Below are positions 25,397-40,653 of a stretch of DNA of 64,000 bases, in pieces. Under the pieces are notes generated by a model. The model made no database searches, was not told the origin of the DNA, and was given only the letters and a program-made list of their open reading frames with translations. Source of the stretch: Microbotryum violaceum (taxonomy: Eukaryota); NCBI GenBank assembly GCA_001244265.2, contig CDLV01000006.1:2666001-2730000 (forward strand), written 5' to 3'. A program made the position numbers and the translations under genes. Position 1 is the stretch's first letter. Each line of letters opens with the position of its first letter.

Positions 25397-27269
25397 TCAG
25401 AGCACCTTCTTGGCTTGGCTGCTCGACTTCTTTTCCCCCGTTTCGAGAGCGTTGTCGAGGGCGTCCAGGCGCTCAATCCTAGAGGAGGCAGGTCCTTAGT
25501 ACGATCGAGGCTGACAAGTCATTGCGAGCGATGGGCCTAGCTTACAAGGTTGGGTGATTGTTGTTGTAAGCCGAGTAAACGGGATCGACGCCATAAACGG
25601 CCTAAAGGAATGCCAAGCAGACGCAGATCAGCTTCCACCGCCGTATCCCCTATAACACGCTCACTTTTCTTAAACTGACCAAATTCTTTTCATGAATCCC
25701 GACCAAAGCCCCCTTCAGGTTCTTCGCATACTCGGGTCCCAAAACATGCGCGAACCGATCAGCCTGATACTCCAACGCCCTCGTCACGGTGTTAGTCGTG
25801 AACTGTAAGACCGCCGAAAGAGGGCTAAACAAAGCCGAGGCGAGGAAGAGGGCAATGATGGTGGGACCTCCGGTGCCGTTCGAGCCGGAGAAAGGGGTTG
25901 AAGAGGTAAAACCGAAGGAGGAGAGGAGGACGGGGTTCGAGAGGAAGAGGGAGAAGATGAGGAGAGAGAAACCGGTTTGTATCAGAGACGTCAGGAGAAG
26001 GACGAGGACGTGCTTCCCTGCCCAGTGGCCTGTAGAGGATTCGGATTGGATGCGTTCAGCGGGGGCTTCTGTGGGGTCAACCGATTTTGAGAGACTGACC
26101 TAACTCATGCGCGAGGATGGCCTCGACCTCTTCAGGCGTCGATTTCTCCAACAAGGTATCGTAAATAACGATATGTTTGGTGAGGTAAGGCAGACCGAAA
26201 AAGTAGGCATTTGAATGACTCGAGCGCTTCGAGCCGTCCATGACCCAAACGCGACCGAGGGGGAAATTGAGTCTCGTGGCCAACGCCTTGACTTTGGGAA
26301 ACACGGCGTGGTTCTCGTCCAAAGGGGTGTACTTGTTGAACAAGGGGGCGATAACGTAAGGGTACAGAGGGATCATGATGATTTGGATCGAGAAGATAAA
26401 GGCCATGATCCACGCAACGATGCGCAGCACTCCGTCGGTGCCAACCCAGTGGATGATCCAGATGACTCCCGCGAGAAGAGGCAATTCGAGTACGAGCGAC
26501 AGGATGAAGCCCTTGGCAGCGTCGGAGAAGAAGGTGGCTCGGGTCATCTTGTTGAAACCGTGCTCCTCTTCGAGGACGAAATTCTTGTAGTAGCTTTGCG
26601 GCAACGAGAGCAAAGTACCGACGACGGTCAAGATGGCGACAAAGACGAGACTGGTAGAGATCTCGCCTTTGGCGCCGGGCAACTTGGCCGCCAGATCCCA
26701 AGCACCTCTGAGTAGGGTCCAATCGTTGTGACCCCGACCGAACCAAGGCGCCGAAACGGACGAAGGCGGGGATCCGGTACCAGGGAGGACCCATGCGAAC
26801 ACAGGGGCGACGACGCACGACAAGAGCAGGAACAACTGCGCGAGCTCGAGCTTGCCGACCACGGTCGAGTACTGGTGCTTGGCCAGGGCGTACGCCTGCG
26901 ACTTTTTGTACGTCTCTTGACGTGTCTCGGCGGGGAGGTAAGGCTCGAGCGACGTGGGCAAGGTGGGGTGCTCCGATTCGAGCAAGTACGGCTTTTGGCG
27001 CGAGCTGCAGAATGCCCAATACAACAGGGGTCAGTTCATCAGCTTGGGACCTTGCATCGTGCACCCCTGGATCCCCTGCCTGGGGTGGCATGCGACGTCG
27101 TTTGCCGACGGATGAGCGTCCGTCCCCGTCGTGGCCACGTCAGAGCGTCAACGTACCCAACATAGCCTTCAAACGCCGCGACCGCGAGCGAGACACCGAG
27201 GATGATGGTCTGGTAGTCGATGCGAGGGTCCTGCAGGCGCCATTGGAGCTCCTTCAGTACCGAGGTCAT
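25397..27269 (-). CDS. STE24: CAAX prenyl protease 1 (zinc metalloprotease)
   Basis: FVLEEEHGFNKMT, IAPLFNKYTPL, MDGSKRSSHSNAYFFG, HEXXH motif AHELG/HW, EYQADRFA and HPTLIERL. C-terminal KKVL* is a KKxx ER-retrieval signal. Confidence 0.97.
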
Positions 27270-27825
27270 GTTGGAACCGATCGAGTGCAGCACTGGCGGT
27301 CAGAGGAAGCCCGAGCGCGAAGACGACGAGCTGGTCGCAGCCCCCTTCAGTCACGTGATCGTCAGGGCTTGGCCGAACTGCCAACTATGCATAGTCTCCC
27401 AAGTGATGCAGGTTGTTGGCGCACAGCACTGGTACAGATTTCTGGAGTCTCAACGTCTACCGACTACCCCCACTCGGCGTCCTTAGTAAGCAACTTCTCG
27501 GAGCTTGTTCCACTTCGGCCGGTCAAAGCGGCCCGGACTGAGCTCGATGAGCACTGCAATGCCTGAGAGGCTGAGACTCGGTCCGAGTTGGAGCTCTTGA
27601 GGTCATCATGGGACAGACCTTACGTTACCGGAGGCCCGGGCGGCGGCGCGTATGGATGGGCAACGGCGCTTGAGATTGAGGGCCGTGGTGCCCGTGCCCT
27701 CAATGCAGGACAGGGGAGCGGTCTCAGAACTAAGTACTGAGGCTCGAATGAACTTGTCTCACTTGCTGCTCGGCTGAATCGAACCACCATGATAAGATAA
27801 CGACATGCGCAGCCTCTGGGCCGAC

Positions 27826-27831
27826 TATAAA
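27826..27831 (+). promoter_or_regulatory. TATA box of the small secreted peptide gene
   Basis: TATAAA about 100 nt upstream of ATG 27932. Confidence 0.6.
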
Positions 27832-28070
27832 TGCGGAGCTAGAGAGAGAATCACCTCTTTTCTTCCTTCACGTCACTTCCAAGTTGACCCCCCACAAGAA
27901 CTTCACCCGAGACTACCTACCCTCCACAACCATGAAGATCACCTTCCTTGTTCTCTTTGCAGGTCTCATCTCTGCTGTCGTTGCTATGTGAGTCTGTTAC
28001 ATCTTAGCACCCCTCTCCTCAACAATCTCCTCACTGACTGTACACGCCCGACTTCCTTGACCATCATCCT

Positions 28071-28253
28071 TATTAGAACCCAAAGCCGAGGCACAAGATA
28101 CGTTTAGTACGAGAGCCAAGGATGATAGTAAAGACAGTTGGAGAAAGAAGAGAAGCGCAGAGTAGGAGCGCGCGAGGCAACTAATATCAACAACTAGTAA
28201 CTAATCATGATCGGTAATAGAAGTGGGATGAAACAGCAATATACACTCTGACA
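28071..28253 (-). repeat. 3' LTR of Copia element 1 (183 bp)
   Basis: Direct repeat of 34673-34875 with a 20-bp deletion and a few substitutions. Confidence 0.95.
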
Positions 28254-29531
28254 CCCCCCCGTGCTGTCATACCACTGCACCTCATAAGCCCAAATTCGTC
28301 CGATGGAAGATGAATGGCTTGGGACCCAAGGCCTTGGTGAAGATGTCAGCAAACATGTTACCAGTGGCAATGTAGCGGACCTTGATCTCTTTCTCAGCAA
28401 CCCTCTCGTGGACGTAGTGTTCCGAGATGCGAACATGACGAGATCCCTGATGGTTGGTCGGGTGTTGTGCCAGAGCAAGCAAACCTTGGTTGTCACCATA
28501 GAGCATGACTGGACCGGGAACCGGAACACCAAGTTTGCTCAGGTGAATGGTGTCCCCGCTAGCATACAAAAGAGAGAGGTATTCCGCATCGGTAGTAGAC
28601 TTGGCAACCCTGTGCTCCCGTTTGGAACACCAAGCAATGGCGGCTCCGGACAAGATGAATGTGTAGCCCATGGTCAATCGTGAGCTTGTCAGGCAGGCTC
28701 CTCAGTTTGCATCCGAGTAGCCATGGAGCGGTTGGTTGGTCTTGCGGTAGGTGAGCCCCAAGTCCAGCATGCCTTTGATGTAGCAGAGGACGTGCTTGAT
28801 GGCTGTCCAATGCTCTGGGCCGGGTTGCTGCGAGAAGCGCACGAGGTAGCTGACCACAAAAGCGAGGTCCGGACGAGTGCCAACCGCGGTGTATATCAAC
28901 GAACCAATGGCCTGCAAGTAGCGAGTGCAATCCTCAGGGGTAGCAGACAAGTTCTCAAAATTGAGGACAACACCGGGTTGCATGGGGACGCCCGCCGGCT
29001 TGGCATCAGCAAATTGGAACCTGGCCAAGATATCTCGAAGGTAGCACTCTTGGGAAAGTGTGATGGACCCGTTGTGCCCGCGTTTGACTTGGATGCCGAG
29101 GATGTATTTGGCAGGCCCGAGATTTTTGGTACCATATGCAAGTTCCAATGCGTCGAGAACCCTGTCGATCTTGGCGGTAGAGGGCCCAACCAACAGCAAG
29201 TCGTCAACGTACAAGGCAATGTAATGAGAGTGCCCGTCGTGTTCGCGGCGGTAGATGCAGATGTCCAATTGGGTGGGCACGTATCCGAGGGAGCACAAAG
29301 TCGAGCCAATCTCCGCGTTCCAGATGGTGCCCGCTTGGCCAAGTCCGTAGATGGATTTGGACAGCCTGAGGATCTTGCCAGGCATGTTGATGCCTTGTGG
29401 AACGCGCATGTAGAGAGGCTTGTCAAGTTTGCCGTGGAGGTACGCCTTGTTGACGTCGGCTTGATGGACATGGTAGCCGTTGGCCACGGCAAGGGCAATG
29501 AGAGCCCAAATGGACGTGAACTTGACGACGG

Positions 29532-31530
29532 TGTAATACTCTGTAGTTACTCAAAGGCCCGATGCGCGTCTGGTCTTAGGCATTGCCGGAAAGTAGGGCC
29601 TCTCTTCCTTTCCGACCAGTTTATTCTTTGGAATACATACTCGTATCCTGTCACCTGCAAGGCCCGACGCTGGGGCCTTACAGATACGGGAGTTGGTGAC
29701 GGACACTTGACCTTTCCACTCGAGTCCCAGCGAGGAAGCGACCGCCGTCATGTGTCCAATGAGCGAGTTCACTGTGAATGTTGAGAGTGTAAAGCCGGCA
29801 GTTGAGGTGGTACGCGCATACAGTAGGTCGTTGGCGTGATGTAGCAAGTGCCGTTTGAATTGGTTGTCATTGATGAACTTTCCCCCGTCCTTGCCAATAC
29901 CCAAGGTTGCGCGCCGACTTGCTAGCTTCGCAGCGTACGTAGTGAAAGAATCCGACCCTTGTCGCGTACGGTAGAAGTCGTGCTCGGCGGTGAGCACAAA
30001 GCCCGAGTCCAGGAACCGTTCCCTCACCTCAGCCGCAAAGGCGTCCCATGTCATCAATGCCTTCAGTTCATCCCTGTGCTGATTCCACCAAATTTTCCCT
30101 TCGCCCTGCATTTTCATGCCAGCTTCCCTGATTTGTCAAACGACCGTCAACGTCTCATCGGAACGCTTGAGATCCCCGAATGCCTCGATTGCGTCCTCGC
30201 AGTCGCCTAGCCAGAGGATGACATCCTCCGCCGTAAACGGTGCCTTGAGCTCTGGCATGTGGAGTCGTGTGGGCGCTCGGTCCGACATCTTCGGCATCGA
30301 CTTTGGTACGAGATGCGGCGGAGCGTCCTTGTTCGGTGGGGGTCCCTGATCCTTGCTGTTTCTGGTTTGTGGGGCCAGATTGGAAAGCGGGGCGTCGGCG
30401 ACGGATGGGCGCGGGCGGGTGGCGGCGATTGCGTGCGAAGCAAAAAAAGAAACGAAACCGTGCGGGCGAGCGACGGAGGGGCGCGTTTGGCGAGCGACGG
30501 TGGCGGTCGCGTGCGAAGTGAAAAGAAAAAGGGCGGACGAGCGATGACGGTCGCGTAAACGGCGAACAACCTCAGCAGTTGTGTGTGACGGCGAACGACC
30601 AAGTTGTGTAAGCAATGCGGCGAACGTCTTGCGACGTATGATGTGGACGGCGAACAGAGACGGCTCTGTATGACAAACGACGCGAGTCGTGCGGGGGTGC
30701 GGCGAACGTCTTGCGACATGTAATGTGGACGGCGAACAGAGACGGCTCTGTATGACAAACGACAAGTGTCGTGCGGGGTGTGCGGCGAACGACCTGCATC
30801 GTGTGTACGTCGAGCCGGTTTGAAGCGGTGACGGAGTGTTCTTGGCGAATTCTTGTATCGGATGTCAAAAAAAAATGTAAGGCCCCAGCGTCGGGCCTTG
30901 CAGGTGACAGGATACGAGTATGTATTCCAACGAATAAAATGGTCGGAAAGGAAGAGAGGCCCTACTTTCCGGCAATGCCTAAGGCCAGACGCGCATCGGG
31001 CCTTTGAGTAACTACAGAGTATTACAGTATCACTCGCTCGCCACGGGATCTCAAATCAAACATGGCAAGGCGCACACCATTGACAGCTGAGGCCCGACAA
31101 CAGTGCATTGATGAGGGTCGTTGCTTCAACTGCCGGGAAATGGGGCATAGTATTTGCGAGTGCCCAAAGACGACAGGCGGGACAATTGGGGACCACCCGG
31201 ATCAACTCAACTTCATGGGTGACCAGGCATACCGTCAACCGTGGGGTTCCGACTCAAGTGACTCGGAATTGGACGAGGCGTTTGAGAATGAATGGCTGGG
31301 AGGATCTGAGAAAGAAGAGGAGGATGAAGAAGAGAAGAAGTAGATAAGGGAGGCAGGGTTTGGTTCAGGTGGTGGAGAGTGTAATACTCTGTAGTTACTC
31401 AAAGGCCCGATGCACGTCTGGCCTTAGGCATTGCCGGAAAGTAGGGCCTCTCTTCCTTTCCGACCAGTTTATTCTTTGGAATACATACTCGTATCCTGTC
31501 ACCTGCAAGGCCCGACGCTGGGGCCTTACA
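29532..31530. mobile_element. Nested gag-only LTR element with three 151-bp LTRs and an internal inversion
   Basis: TGTAA...TTACA LTRs at 29532-29682 (+), 30876-31026 (inverted) and 31380-31530 (+). Outer TSD GACGG at 29527-29531 and 31531-31535. Gypsy-like gag (WW...TWDAF...RERF...RQG) on the minus strand, zinc knuckle CFNCREMGHSICEC on the plus strand. No pol. Confidence 0.93.
30555..30795 (-). repeat. About 80-bp imperfect tandem repeats (GGCGAAC-rich) in the leader of the gag-only element
   Basis: GGCGAACGTCTTGCGAC...GGCGAACAGAGACGGCTCTGTATGACAAACGAC occurs at about 30619 and 30701. Confidence 0.85.
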
Positions 31531-32318
31531 GACGGGGGCATAGTTCTGCTCAAAGTTGATGCCAGGGTGTTGGGCACAACCATGGGCAACGAGACGAGCC
31601 TTGCAATCAATGATGTCCCCGTGCTGGTTGTGTTTAGTTCGGAACACCCAGCCCAACCATAAGAGGATCTCACCCGCAGGGAGCTCACAGGAGTCAATGA
31701 CTTTGAACACCTTGTATTTGTTGAGAAGTGAACTGAATTTGTCGTGTGCCGGGCCACCCCACGTGTCCTGTTGTCCCAATCGGATGACATTGCCCCAATT
31801 GGCTGGATCTTGGACAATGGATAAGTTGTGCTCCGCAAAGCCGGCTTTGGTGGACGCAAAGGCACGGAGCATGCCCTGGAAGGCGGGAGTGGGTCCATCA
31901 GGTCCGCCAACAAGGTCTTCCCGCGTGATGAGGGTGGGAACAAGTTGGCGGCGAGTCCGGGGGCCAGTGATGATGTTCCGAGCGTCAATTTCACCGTACT
32001 TCCCTGGATTGGGACCAACCTTGGCAATATCGCCGTACTCCCAAGTGGGCTTGACTTTGGCAAGTGGAGTTGGTTCCGGTGGTGCTGGTTCCGGAGGACA
32101 CTGCAGCAGGTGGATCAAAGAAGTGGCATCGTCATTGAGCGAAGGCGGCTGGGTGGGTTCAACAAGCACGGGAGGTAATGGCGTTGCCGGAGCGTCGGCA
32201 GGTGGAGGACGGGGATAGAAACCCGGAATGGAAGGCAGTGTGACGCGGGCAGGAACGGCAACAAAGGGGAACTTGGTTTTGAGGAACGGCACATTCTGGC
32301 TCAAACTCACGCGCATCA

Positions 32319-33287
<969 letters not shown>

Positions 33288-33486
33288 TTATCCGCGTTTG
33301 AAGGTGATGCGGACCCCTTTGCGGTCGAAGGCTCGGACGGAGACGAGGTTTGCAGGGCTCTCGGGAGCGTAAATCACGTCGTTGAGGGTGAACTCGGTGC
33401 CAATGTCCGAGACGAGTTTGACCGAGCCAACTCCCAAGGCCTTCACCGTCCCCCAAGACCCTGCAGTATGTGCAAGGTAGGCGCTA

Positions 33487-34514
<1,028 letters not shown>

Positions 34515-34672
34515 TTACGAGAGCGTCGTATTGCTCCTTGGTGAGCGTGATGACGGTGGCGGGGGCGACATCGAAGGGCTGGTTCGACGTTGATGACGAT
34601 GGTGGAGGAGGAGGCGTGGATGCCATGCCACCGATATCGTCGGAGTCGCCCCGAGCAGGTTGGCTCATAACC

Positions 34673-34875
34673 TATTAGAACCTAAAGCCGAGGCACGAGA
34701 TACGTTTAGTACGAGAGCCGAGGATGATAGTAAAGACAGTTGGAGAAAGAAGAGAAGCGCAGAGTAGGAACGCGCAAAGCAAGCAATAGCCGCGCGAGGC
34801 GACTAATATCAACAACTAGTAACTAATCATGATCGGTAATAGAAGTGGGATGAAACAGCAATATACACTCTGTCA
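34673..34875 (-). repeat. 5' LTR of Copia element 1 (203 bp)
   Basis: Abuts the PBS; direct repeat of 28071-28253. Confidence 0.95.
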
Positions 34876-35266
34876 ATCCTATCACGGACAGGGCCGGCGG
34901 CCAAGCCCAGTGCTTTAGACAATGCCACAACGAGGGGAACTGGGGGCAGTGAGTGCGCTCCAGCCACCTCCGCGCACATTCTTGTATCTGAGGAGCTGAC
35001 ATGTATGCTTTAATGAATTTTGTCACACGATAGGTGCGACTCTAGAAGGTGCTGCGAGGAATCGTGTTCCGGCGGCGGAAGGGCGGCCTCGGAGCAGTGA
35101 ACGCCTGGACCTCAAGATGACGGCTGCAGTGGTGGCACGGAGGCTCGGTTGGAGAAGGTTGAAGAGTTGCGCCCACCTGTGTTCAATTTAGAAATCTTGG
35201 TCCTTCCCACGTACTCCTGTGCAAGGTGATTCTTCATTGGGGTTTAGTTCCCATTCATTTCTGCGG

Positions 35267-37491
<2,225 letters not shown>

Positions 37492-37565
37492 GGTCGCGAA
37501 TGATTGGCCGAATAGGAGCGAGAGGAAGAGGGAGAGGAGAGCGATCGCGCTCAGTGGTGCGACAT

Positions 37566-40410
37566 TCAGCGCTGCATGGGTCCGAGCTCAAAATTCAGTC
37601 TAGCTTGAGCCAAAGTCCCCGGCAAAGACGGTGACCCCGGCGGCACTCCCTCGGGCCCATCCGTCTCCACAGCCGTCACGACCTGTTCCCTCACCACAAT
37701 CATAGTCCCCTCCCCACTCTCCCCATCCCCCTCCCCTTCCACCCTACTAATCTCGACAATTTCATTCTCCAAAGGTTGGATCGGGAACGCCGGCTCTTTA
37801 CTCCCTTCCCCTTCCGCCTCCCCATCGTCGGGCTTATAAATCTGTCTATAGACCCTCCTCGTGGCTGCCCCCGGTTCTCCCTTTCTCCGATCCTTGATCT
37901 GCGCTTCTTCTTCGGCTTCATGGTCGGCAACAACGAGATCGTATGCGCCAGAAGCGATCCGATCAGGTCGCGGTGGTGCCGACGACGATTTCTTCGATTG
38001 CGATCCTTCGCCTCCCTCCTCGTCGCGAGGCGAATGGTACAATCCTCCAGAAACGGCGTGAAGAACATGCTTGGCGCCATGAATCAACAACTTCCCTTCG
38101 GGTTTGGGATGATCGGCCGAGTTGGACGGTTCTCGGCGATGTGATGATGATCCTCTCCGCTTCCTCGATGATGAGGGCTTGTCCACTTCGGCGTCCGTAC
38201 TTGTCTCCGTCTTGGGTTCGACCAAAGCGCCGTACGAGAAGCCCCGACTCCCTCGCCCCAAGTGTTCCTTCTCCTTTCCCTTCTCCTTCCCTTTCCCCCT
38301 CGTTCTCCTCCTCCCCTCCCCCTCCCGACCGAACGAAACAAACCGGCCCGCCTCCAACCTCTCCTCTTCCTGCATCCTCATCTTCCTCCTCGCCTCTTCC
38401 TTCGACGCATCCAAAACAGGATACCTCCAATCCCCAAACTCCAACCCTTTCGCATCCTTATACAGCCTCTCGTCCTCATCTTCCTCTTCCTCGCCCACCT
38501 CCCCAAACCCAAGAGATTCTTCATCCCCATCCCCATCCTGAGCCTCACCATCGACCCCATCCGCACCCCTCGAAGCGAACCACCTCTTCCAATCCTCCTC
38601 ATCATAACCATGTTCCCTAACCCAAGTACCCTGATCATCATCACCCACAACCTTTCTCGCCACCTCCTCCCCAAGCGGTGCATAACCCTGACCCGCATCA
38701 AACCTTTCCTCCAGCGCCTTCCTAACCGCATGAATAGGTCTAGCAACCAAAGCAGTCTTCCCTTTCCTCCCATGAGCATCCATTTCCCTTCCCGGTAAAT
38801 CCACCCAATATTTAACCTGCCCCCCTCTAGCATACCTCAACCCAGCAGCGACTCTACGATCCCTTCCCAAACCTTGATGAATTCCTCCTGCGGCAGGTTC
38901 AAAAGTTCGATAACTGAATCCGGTTCCTTTAACGGTCGTGATCGAATCGGTGAAAATATCCTTATAACCGAACGCGTCCCTGATCGCGTACCAAATAGGT
39001 AAACGACCACTGAAAAGGTGGTTCGCGTCGATGTAATCGGTGTAGGAGAATGCGTAGAGGTGTAGAAAGGAGAAGAGTGGCATCTCGAGACAAACGAGCG
39101 TGTCCTGGATAGCGAGTGAGAGCGCTTCGGTTTCGTACCGGTCTGTAAAAAGGGAGAACGTAGGTCTGAGTACACGATCCTGAATAAGGTTCTTAGGCGA
39201 AGGTGGTGATAGGACTCACGAGACCGAAGCCAACCGAGCTTGACGAGCACACTGACGGCGAAACCTTGCCAGAACGAGAAAAAGATGATACCCTTGACGC
39301 AAAGGAACTGATGTGGGAGTACAAAAGGGATCGAAAATATTAGAATCGGTGCACTACTCCGCGGACAAAGATCGACACCCGACTCGGTTGTTGACTGACC
39401 TTGGGCATAGGGCGATACGGTTTCAGATCGGCGTTGGTCGCGATCCAGAATAGAGCGAGGCAGTAAAGCGACAGGCCGACCGAGACATTATAGATGATGG
39501 AAATGTAGGTATCTGGTTCCGATCACCGGAATGATATTAGTTTCGGAGCACGGAGGTTTTGATATCAAGAGCACCGACGCAGAAAAGAACCCCGAACTCA
39601 CATCCCGAGCTCTTGGAAAGATTGCCATCACCGTACGAGCCGAGCGCCTTCAACAGGATCGTCGCCGCGGCCAAGAAAGGCTTGATCTGCACGTATTGCA
39701 AGATGCCTCTTTTGATAGCGAGGAACGTGAACGAATCCGAAACATCCAAAGGGGGAAGGATGCTAGACAGGGGGAAAGGGTGTCGAATCGGTGGCCTTCC
39801 GTGGAGAAGTATAATGAGTGAACGTTCGCCGCCGAGGTATTCGACGAGTAGGTTGAAGAAGCAGTAAATGACGAATGCCTGGAGGGGTGATAAATTCTTC
39901 GCGGTGAGCTCTGCGGTCTGTGGCCGAACGGGATCGGTTGTCGGTCGGCTGCTGTACCTCGTAGATATCCCTGACCGCATCGAGAAAGAAGGCCAAATCG
40001 AGCGAGTAGAGCGATATCAGGGACGAGAGTGAATAGATGGGAACCCTGACATGCGTCGAATGTGAAACGGGATCAGCTTATCGACTCGTAGCCCCTGAAT
40101 CACGCCTCCGGAGCTTCCCCCCCACACACAGAGCCTCGTCGTGCTTCGCTCTCTCGTCGATCCGCAAAACTCACATGACCAAAATCCTGACGACCAAGCG
40201 CTGCAACGCAATCTTGCGATAGTTCTTGAGCTGCAACCAAATCGTGAGCAACGACAAGACCGTCGCCAGGGCGGACGAAGCGGTGGCGACGATCAAGACC
40301 GCGCGAGGCAAGTTGGTGCCACTGCCACCCGGTTCGGTGCCGGGTAATTCACCGGCGAGTCGTCCTGTCACCGTCGCGGTCACACCGGTGGCGATCAGCG
40401 TCGCCAACAT
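37566..40410 (-). CDS. HFL1: TMEM184/OSTalpha (DUF300) vacuolar membrane protein, Hfl1-like
   Basis: LQLKNYRKIALQRLVVRILVM/VPIY, DAVRDIYE/AFVIYCFF.LL.EYLGGERSL, KRGILQYVQIKP, KFLCVKGIIFFSFWQ. The tail LGF...ERLYKDAKGLEFGDW resembles the Hfl1 Atg8-binding region. Confidence 0.88.
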
Positions 40411-40653
40411 GGTCGTGGTGGTCAGGAACCGACGAAGGGCGGCGGCGGCTGTGAGGAATGCGACTGCGATACGCGACGAGTGCAGTGGACGGGCGAAGGT
40501 TGACTTCCGAGTCGACCAACCGATGACGCGTTGCCAGCGCCGGCGCCAAGCAACCGCGCGTGCCGGCGCTTTCTCTAACTTTTCGTCTGTCTGCCAGGCG
40601 TCGCAGTTCAGAGAAAATCGCGCGGCCTGGGGTGGCAGAATCATGAACAGGTA

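Noticed and set aside
1-27300. Mating-type (pheromone/receptor) locus, suggested by STE24 and ribosomal-protein genes
   Set aside because: No STE3 receptor, CAAX pheromone precursor or homeodomain gene is recognisable. The leftmost gene is an aldo-keto reductase.
30555-30795. CRISPR-like array (also 55946-56049 and 59613-59703)
   Set aside because: Tandem repeats without unique spacers, eukaryotic context and no cas genes.
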